From NCBI GenBank assembly GCA_012295275.1, contig CM022679.1:23746001-23810000 (forward strand): a DNA stretch of 64,000 nucleotides. Direction: 5' to 3'. Shown here in pieces: positions 55,001 to 64,000 of the stretch (its first letter is position 1; each line of letters starts with the position of its first letter). This DNA comes from Chrysomallon squamiferum (taxonomy: Eukaryota; Animalia; Mollusca). A model generated the notes under the pieces. It made no database searches. It had not been told where the DNA came from and saw only the letters and a program-made list of their open reading frames with translations. The position numbers and the translations under genes are program-made.

Positions 55001-55514
55001 GTAACTGGAATTATCGCAATAGCTTTACATCCGATGGACAATTTATTCGTCCCACTCTATGGTAGACTGAATAAACATCTGTACATTCGTTGTTGTTGAT
55101 TATTTAAAACCAGTTAATTAATTGAATCATTAAATTTTAAAATCATATTTACGTTTTAGAACTGATTTCGTATTTATTCAATTGTTAAGCCATGCATGAT
55201 CAAAGTTAAGATAAAACCAACAAAAATATTATAATAATACTGAAGCAAGAACGACTTTAACAAAAAAAAAAAAAAAAAAAAAAGTTTAATAATGGTGATA
55301 TCGTGAATGTACAGAATATTAATGTACAGAAGTATCCGTTCAAAAATAACATTAAAGTGTTGTTGATAGATTAGGATTATGTTGAAATTACTTAGGAGAT
55401 GAAATTGTAGTGATTGTCCACAGATAAATAACAGATCTAAATCACTTACCTTCAACATAAAAATAACCAGCAAAAATTCTGTTTCAATATATTTTCCTTA
55501 AGAATTCGTAACAC

Positions 55515-55561
<47 letters not shown>

Positions 55562-56344
55562 GTTCAAGAATCAAGAAAAGCGTTAAATTCCGGATTTACA
55601 AATAAAACGAAAAGTCCACGAAGACTTATCACTGTCACTCGGAGGGTGCGTGTTTTGCCGAGCCTCTTATCTTACGCCATTACTTCGAGAGAGAAATGTC
55701 AACTCCAGTCAACCTTTCTTTTAACTCGTTCTCCACTAATACCGCACGAACCTTCTTTAAAGTCTGATAAGCGACACACGCCCTCTATCGGCGATCTCAT
55801 CTAACCGGAACGTTTTGAAGCGCCATCGTCAATGTTCCAACCGGCTGTCATCTTCGATGCCAGGAAACAAAACAAGGTTTTGTTACTACGTCGTCGGTCT
55901 CGTAAATTCTAAAAACCGTTGTAGTGGATTTAATGGGTCATACCTGCAGTTTAGCTGTTCTTTTGCTAAGTACCGTCTTTCGTTTATCGGTGAAAACCAG
56001 AGCAAAATCTTATCATTAAATCAGAGTATAGAAAGAAAACGGTGACAGCTACCCTCCGTAATCTGTTGTTCGATGTTAGACAGTATGAAAACAGTTCAGT
56101 GATATATACGGGTCGGGTGGACCGTTATCTGTATTCCGGTCGATTGCGGTTCATTAAGTTAAAACACGACGTCAATAATGGCGGATAATTATCGCTTTGA
56201 GTCAGCCCGAGAATTATCTTCCAGTGGGCTTGTCAAATGTGTGTTTGTTTTGATAAAAATAAGAACGGTATGAACATAAGATTGGAGTAGTGAACGACGA
56301 TTATATTGGGCTGACTAAACACAGACTAATTCAAAAGCTATTTT

Positions 56345-56485
56345 TAAGTTTTTGGATGAAGAGCCGGTTCTGTAATAGTTCCGGGGATCAAATCTCCTTA
56401 CTGAACTCAATGGGCTATTTACCATTCCAGCTGGTGTTTCTGTAACATGGAGTCATGGGAGCGGATTTTCTCTCTAACCATATCA
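56345..56485 (+). mobile_element. Degenerate SINE fragment
   Basis: ggatcaaatc (B-box-like)...aatgggctatttaccattccagctggtg...gagcggattttctctcta resembles gastropod tRNA-SINE bodies. Shares the gcggattt core with 49445-49650. Confidence 0.4.
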
Positions 56486-57399
56486 TTATATAAAAATAAA
56501 ATATAAATCATCTTCTTTTTTTTTTTTCTTTTTTTTTTTTTTTCTTCTTTTTTAAATCTAACAGAATGAAATGTTTCATTGAGCTAATGGGAAATATGAC
56601 ATTTATTAACAAATTTAACAATGAAATTTTATTACATGAATGTATTAATAATAATGAAAACAAAACAAACAACAACAGAAACAAATAATAACAACAATAA
56701 TAATTTCTGGCGATGTCAATTATAGCAGCTATATGTGTCTTGGTGCATGCGAAAATCACGGATGCCACAAAGCAGTACTTTCACGCAAGAAAAAATTTCC
56801 ATTTTGAGATATTTAATTATTATTATTATTATTATTTTAAATTTAAATTTTCATCTAAAAATCTATTTAATTCTGAAGTATTATGCGATAACATGAAGCA
56901 TTTCTTACTTTACTTATACATTTTATGACAGGAAGTCGAGCATCAAAATTTTGGAAATATTTAACAGTGTAAAAGAATTATGATATTAAATGAATTAGTT
57001 TCTTTTACTCCTGTGAATGCTGTTGGTTAATATGAAACCAAATACTTGCTATGAAAAATGATTGACCTTTAGTTAAAATTCCTGAAACATTGCTCAGTTC
57101 TGATGCTCATTTTCCGCACATGGGCTGGTCGATCATATAACACTCAAAGTTACGTATCTCCAAATCAAAATAACACAGCTGAAATCAGTTTTTACCATTT
57201 TGTTACTCTCTTTTCTCTTCATAATATTTATCAAATGTATCCAATATCCATGATTTTCCTGTTATTTTCTTGTTAAATTTTAATACTGAATTAAAGTGAC
57301 GTATCTTTAAAAGGCCAATATTGTAAAATAATAACAGCATCAACAACTAAAGTGTAAAATATTACTTTCAGTGCACTTTTCATGGAAGTAACAATTCTA

Positions 57400-59640
57400 C
57401 AGAGAAATTCCATTTATATTTTATTTACAGTTCTTTCCATTATCTTGAGTGCAGCTAAATAGCATATTTTAATATATTCCATTTAGATTTCTGTTATAGT
57501 TTATTCACGATCTCTATACCATATTTTAATAAACTCTATTATTTAATATATTTACACAGTTTATTTGTTTATGTTAGAGCATACCTAAAAACGAAATTTT
57601 AATACCTTGGTTATACCTTGGTTATATTATATATATATATCTCATAAAATGTATTCTCTAATGATGGACATAGCATTATATATATTTAATGAATTCCAAA
57701 ATTTATTTCACTTCTCTTGAACATAGTGTCATACAATATTTTGAAAAATTCCATTAGTTTATATATTTTATTTCAGTTATTCGCAAACTATGAACGAAAG
57801 TTTATACCGTATTTTAATAAATTGCATTTACATTTCGTTTATAGTTTATTCACTTCACTTGAACACACCTTCATACAATACTTTAAAAATCTCCTTTATT
57901 TTATATAATTTATACAATTTATTCACTTACGATGAAGTAGCTTCAAACAGTATTTTAATAAACTCCATTATTATTTATATTTTGTACAGTTTATTCACTT
58001 ACGTTAGACGTAGATTCATACAATAGCTTAATAAACTTGGTTATTTTATACAATTTATTTACTTACGTTAGATATAGCTATACAGTATTTTACTAATCTC
58101 CATTTATATTTTATAGTAATTCAGTAAGCTTAAACACAGCTTATTAAAAATAAAGTTAATGTATATTTCTTTTATAATTTATTCAGTTCGATTGATGGAT
58201 GTTCATACAATACCTTAATAAACTCCATTAACTTATATATATTTTATACAATTATTCACTTATGTTGAACGTAGCTCCATACAATATCTTAATATACTCC
58301 ATTCTTTTATATCTTATATACAATTATTCATTTACGTTGGACTTTGCTTCATACAAAATCTTAATAAACTACATTATTTTATATCTTATATATAATTATT
58401 CACTTTCGTTAAACATAACTTTATACAATATCTTCATAAATTCCATTATTCTATATATTCACTTACGTTGAACATAGCTTCATACAATATCTTAATATAC
58501 GCCATTATTTTATATCTTATATACAATTATTCACTTTCGTTAAACATAACTTCATACAATATCTTAATAAACTCCATTATTTTATATATTTTGTACAATT
58601 TATTATTTACGTTAGACATAGCTTCATACAAAATCTTATTAAACTCCATTATTTTATATATTATATATACAATTATTCACTTTCGTTGAGCATATCTTCA
58701 TACAATATCTTATTAACCTCCATTACGTTAAATATTTTATACAAATATTCACTTGCGTTGAACACAACTTTATACAATAAATTAATAGACTGCATTAATA
58801 TATATATTTCTTACAATTATTCACTTTAGTTGGACGTAACTTCATACAATATCTTAATAAAATCCATTATTTTATATATTGTATACAATTATTAATTTAC
58901 GTTGGACACAGTTTTGTACAATATTTTAATACAACTCATTTATGCTTCTTTTGTTGCTTATTGATTTAGCTTCAGTGTAAATAAATAAAACAAATTTCTA
59001 TTTTGAAACAAACTCAATTATTTTTATATATTTTATACAATTTGTTCGTTTATGTTAAAAGTACCTTTATACAATATCTTAATAAACTCCATTATTTTAT
59101 ATATATTATATATATTTATTTATGTTGAAGGTATCTTTATATAATATTTTTATTCATTTCATTTATATTCCTGTTAGTTTATTCACCAAGCTTAAACACA
59201 GCTTTATATAATAAACTTGATTTACATTTCTTCTAAAATTCATTATCTTAGCATGAACATAACGTAATACAAATATTTGAATAAACTCCATTATTTTTGT
59301 ACTTCTTTATTTACTCACTTAATTTGAACAATATACAAATTATCTCTATTACTTAATATATTTTGCATAATTTATTCATTTACGCTGAAAGTAGCTTCAT
59401 ACGGTATCTCGTTAAACTTCGTTTATATTTCTTAAACAGTTTATTCTCTAAGTCTAAACATATCTTCGAATAATATTTCTAAAAATTCCGTTACTTTATA
59501 CATTTTATATAATTATTCCATTCGATGAATATAATTATATAGGATAATATTATTTTAATAAACTTCATTTATATTTCTTAAGCATATTTTTTCACTTAGT
59601 TTGAAAGTAGATTCATATATATTTATTAACTTATATATAA
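57400..59640. repeat. Tandem satellite, 72-bp unit, diverged
   Basis: Unit tacaattattcacttacgttgaacatagcttcatacaatatcttaataaactccattattttatatat. The anchor (c/t)atacaa recurs at 58278, 58350, 58422 and at 58481, 58553, 58625 (72-bp spacing). Best conserved at 58200-58920. Confidence 0.9.
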
Positions 59641-59751
59641 TATTTTTAATAATTTTATACATGATTAACAACAGTGAACTGGCCTCATGCAAAAGTTTCA
59701 TGGCAAAGAACTCTTATGTTATTAAATTCTCTTGACTAATACTACTACCAC

Positions 59752-59805
<54 letters not shown>

Positions 59806-60188
59806 CTATATATAAGCCTATAATTAATAATCCTGCAGACAGTTAGTTTACTAATTTAGTAAATTTATCAATTATTGACGCTAATATTATTTTCTGTAAG
59901 AAATAGGCGAAGTGACGTAATATCCTGTAGACAGTATCTGTTCGGAAACGGTGCGTGCCGTAAAGGTTGACATCTGTATTGCGATGTAATATTTATGCAG
60001 ATGTATATGCATCAGTAACAAACTAAACTGTTAAAAAAGTTTCGGTCGAAAAAAGTTTTGGATTTCGTTAATTTGGATAAGGGATGCTAAAACCTGCATT
60101 CATTTTACTACGATAAAACCCTTATTTCACGCGTCCCAGTTTAACGCGATTTCACATGTATCGCGATACGTTATGGCCTTTATTATTA

Positions 60189-60230
<42 letters not shown>

Positions 60231-60959
60231 GTAGGGAGAGTCTTTCCGGAGCTGAAAACATTTTTTGATGAGTTAATTTCATATTTTTTATTTTATGATT
60301 ATTATATAAAATATATATTTTTATTATTATTGATTTGAACGTATTAATTTTTAATATATATATATATTAGATAAAGACGGCTAAATGGGAAAATAAAATG
60401 TTCCGTCAAAGATCAATTTCGCGCTCATTACGTGATCAAAACTAAAAGTCAAACTCAAATTTGTTTTAATATAACAAAATGGATTTATTTGCAGAATTCA
60501 TTATTTCAAAGTTAATTTACTTTCCAGAAGGTAAGCGTGAAAAAAAAAAAAAAAAAAAAATAAAAAAATAAAATAAAAGAGAAGATGAAAAAGAAGAAAG
60601 AGGAAAGAAGACAAAATTGTTGGAAATTAAGATATTTTAGTGTGTTAGGTCAACACTGGAACAGTCTAAATGATAATTATTTATTGAACCCCGCTACTGC
60701 GTTCCCGCTTTTTTCACGATGGCATTTTATGGTCATAGTGAGACTTCTTTTTTTTAAATTTGATCATAAAGTAGTGAAAAAATTATGGAATTTTATTTAA
60801 CACATTAGACTCTTGCGATATTCTCTCTATCCCACTAAATATATACTTACACACAACACAAATATATACGCGCGCTCGCCTACACATAATTATGTGTGGA
60901 AAAAAGAAACACAAAATTATTTCTTGACTACAATTTCAGTAATCCAGTTTGATTTAAAG

Positions 60960-60998
<39 letters not shown>

Positions 60999-61364
60999 TA
61001 ATAATAATAATAATAGTCAAAAGGAGAGTAAAATCAACACCACAACAACAACATGAATAGTAATAAAAATAAAAATTCAGTTTCGCGATATGATTTACTG
61101 TTGCATTATTTTAGTATTTTATGTGTCCTGTATAAACTTCAATATGATTATTATGATTATTATTATATTGTATTATCATTGTTGTTGTTTTATTATTATT
61201 AATTATCAACATTGCAGTTTATACATCTACACTAAATTAAGATTAGAATATTTATTTGGACGACTGTCTCTCTGTCCGTTTCTCTTTTCGGAGCGCTACA
61301 CATTTTGATACACCCGTCACATGAATTTGTTAGACATAAAGAAAATTTAAAATTATATACTTAC

Positions 61365-61430
<66 letters not shown>

Positions 61431-61655
61431 TTTAAAAAAAAATTTCTTAATCTTATATTTCGATTTTCTTTTTATTATTATTAGAAGTCTTAATTTTTCG
61501 TGAAATATTTTAATTTTGTACATTATTTTACTATTATAAATGTTAAATAATTGCTATAGCGCTTTATTTTGTAAATTTATACTTACCGTTTTTTGTTACT
61601 GTTGTGTTATTCTTACTATTACTACTGCTACTATTACTATTTCTATTACTATTAC

Positions 61656-61698
<43 letters not shown>

Positions 61699-62107
61699 TA
61701 TTGTTATTATTTAATCTATTTTGTACAATTTTATATTCATAATCCATTTAAAGATAACAAGAAAGTAAAGACTTGCTTATTACTGAGTAGAGGGGTTTTT
61801 TTCAGAAGATATAATAATCATTCACCTCGATCGACAGAATTCATGTGATTGAAAATTAAGTTGCGAAAAATACGTTAAAAATAAACAAGAAATATTAAAT
61901 TATTAGTATTGTTGTTGTTACAATTATTACTATTATTGTTGTTGTTTTTGATGTTGTCATTGTTGTTGTTGTTGTTGTTATTATTATTATTATTTAATTA
62001 ATTATTTATTTATTTATTGATTTTACCTATTCGAAGCATAAATGAAACAAACAAAAAATGGAATTGAAACAAAAAATATATAACTGAACAAAATAAAAAT
62101 AAAAAAA

Positions 62108-62139
<32 letters not shown>

Positions 62140-63480
62140 ATTTCTGTATTGTAAGAGTACATGCGATAATTCCATTTTTCTAGCAGTAATAAGGAAAACA
62201 ATTTAAAAATAAAAATAATAACAATAATAATAATAATAATAATAATAACTATTATTATTATTATTACGATGATGATGATGATGATGATAATAATAATAAT
62301 TTAAGATATAATTAAAAATAAACGAATCAAATTCATGATGATTAAGTAAGTTAAATTAGAGGTTACGAAAGCAAGAATGATAAAGTATGAAAAGATAATA
62401 GTAACAATAATAATTAAGAAAAAAGTAAATGAATAAAAAAACTAATTAAAATAATAAGAAGATAAACGAAAGAAAATAAAAACTAATTATTTATTTCTTT
62501 AAACCATTTAATATCACTTTTTATTTTACTAGATTTATTTTATTTTTCTTTATTTTAATTAATTTATTTTTACTTATTATTAATATTTATTTATTCGGTT
62601 TTGTATTTTTCATTTATTCGTTTGTATGCTCTTTTTTAATTTATTTGTTTATTTGTTTATTGTTAAAAGGTATTTATTTATTTTTCGACGCTCTGTATTT
62701 TGTTAGGTAATCAAAACTAAATTACATTAAAGAACCGATGCAAGATGTAAAGCAATCTATCTAAAATAGATAATCCAAAATACTTAGATTTAATATATTA
62801 TATATTTATATTTAGTCATTAAAAATTAGTGAAAATATTTCAAATCTCTTTCATCCAAAAATTCGCAAATGTTTATTGAAACGAGTGAAATTTTCTTATT
62901 ATCATCATCATAATCATCATCATCATCATCATGATCACTTTTTATTTTAAAATAATGAACTACATTTTCTTTTTCTTTTATTTATATTTTTAACAATTGG
63001 TATCTATTTCGTTTCTTTTCATTACTTTTTTCCAAAATATATTTATTTTAAATTTATTTTTTAAATTATAAATTATAATGTTCTTATAATTTGGTTTTTT
63101 ACAACCATTTTTCAATTTTAATTATTTCATAATTATATATAATTAAATGAAACATTACATGTATCTTTATAAGAGAATAAATCTAAAAATTTTAATTATA
63201 ATAACACGGAGAATTAAATTTAGGAGCAGCAGCCACAGCAGTAGTAGTTGTTGCTGTAGCTGTAGTTGTTGTAGTTGTGGTTAATAACAACAATTACACA
63301 GAGATACATTTTATTATAATTAATATGCCATATATTAATACATTCCATTTATCATTTTGAATGTTATAAATAATTTCCAAAAATTTATCATTATTTTTAA
63401 ATTCATAGCGAAATCAAAATTATTTATTTTGTTCATAATCAACAATCAATTCATTAAATATTATGCACGATATCAAATCT

Positions 63481-63640
63481 CACCTGTATAATTTTGACGT
63501 CATAAGCTCACCTGTGTCTGATCTAGTCCCACCTGGATGTATCAAAGAGCGCACATGGTGAGATAGCAGTCTTGTTGATTTGAATAATCAACACAAGACA
63601 CGTACACGTGATTGGCTGAAATCTGCATGAGATAAATACG
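63481..63640 (+). promoter_or_regulatory. Putative promoter: CRE, clustered E-boxes, reverse CCAAT
   Basis: TGACGTCA 63495-63502; CACCTG 63481, 63509, 63530; CACATG 63552; CACGTG 63605; ATTGG 63611; gataaata ~63631. All lie in a GC-richer island directly before an ATG exon. Confidence 0.55.
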
Positions 63641-63658
63641 TCAATGACTAATAAACAG

Positions 63659-63739
63659 ATGGAGTTTATTTTTTTCTGTGTTTGGTTGATTTTGGTCTTG
63701 TTTTCTGCCACGGCATTTATTCAGATTAAACCATCATCG
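63659..63739 (+). CDS. Probable signal-peptide exon of a secreted protein (3'-partial)
   Basis: MEFIFFCVWLILVLFSATAFIQIKPSS followed by a gtaagg donor (63740). Hydrophobic core with an A-T-A cleavage-type motif. An in-frame upstream ATG at 63644 would add MTNKQ. Confidence 0.55.
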
Positions 63740-63782
63740 GTAAGGATGGGAGATACTATGATCGAATCGCACAATATCCAAA

Positions 63783-63818
<36 letters not shown>

Positions 63819-64000
63819 AATAATAGTAAAAATTAAATTAAAATGTTACGAAAAAAATTTAAATATTTTATTATTTAAAAGACTTCCATTTCTGGAAACA
63901 AGCTGTTATTTCATTTATAAAAAAATCACTAACAGACCAAAGAAATACGAATAAAAGATTGAATGAGTAAATCTTTTCCTGAAAGTGTTTGAAAATGTGT

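Noticed and set aside
52362-55041. Poly-I/L/Y/T/V/ER ORFs here and throughout the window
   Set aside because: They are translations of (TAA)n, (TAG)n and (AG)n microsatellites.
57400-59640. ORFs 57717-58689 as a repeat protein; satellite as a tRNA array
   Set aside because: The ORFs are short by-products of an AT-rich 72-bp satellite with no splice support. No tRNA stems or A/B boxes.

Overview
Very AT-rich, microsatellite-dense eukaryotic DNA with spliceosomal GT-AG introns. Gene content and SINE-like fragments suggest an invertebrate, probably a mollusc (inference). Most short ORFs in the track are noise. Four genes can be rebuilt by hand. (1) 705-4945 (+): a hedgehog-related Hint/Hog gene with three microexons and a Cys/Tyr-rich non-Hedge N-terminus; a dead inverted copy of one exon lies at ~7 kb. 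(2) 16304-13843 (-): a ~346-aa RING + ubiquitin-like + TerD fusion. (3) 21090-39427 (+): a ~4,700-codon RNF213/mysterin-like AAA+ ATPase with an RZ-like finger but no recognisable RING, mostly in one 11.7-kb exon. (4) 51775-50873 (-): a PERCC1 homologue. A probable signal-peptide exon with a CRE/E-box cluster starts at the right edge. Genes 2 and 3 are head-to-head across a triplicated intergenic block carrying outward-facing splice-donor motifs. This pair is the best candidate for an undescribed ubiquitin-based innate-immune module. Genes 1-3 all have small frame disruptions, more likely assembly errors than real pseudogenisation, though the sequence alone cannot settle this. Also present: MITEs, LINE/SINE remnants, and 67-bp and 72-bp satellites. 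All homology calls come from motif recognition, not database searches.
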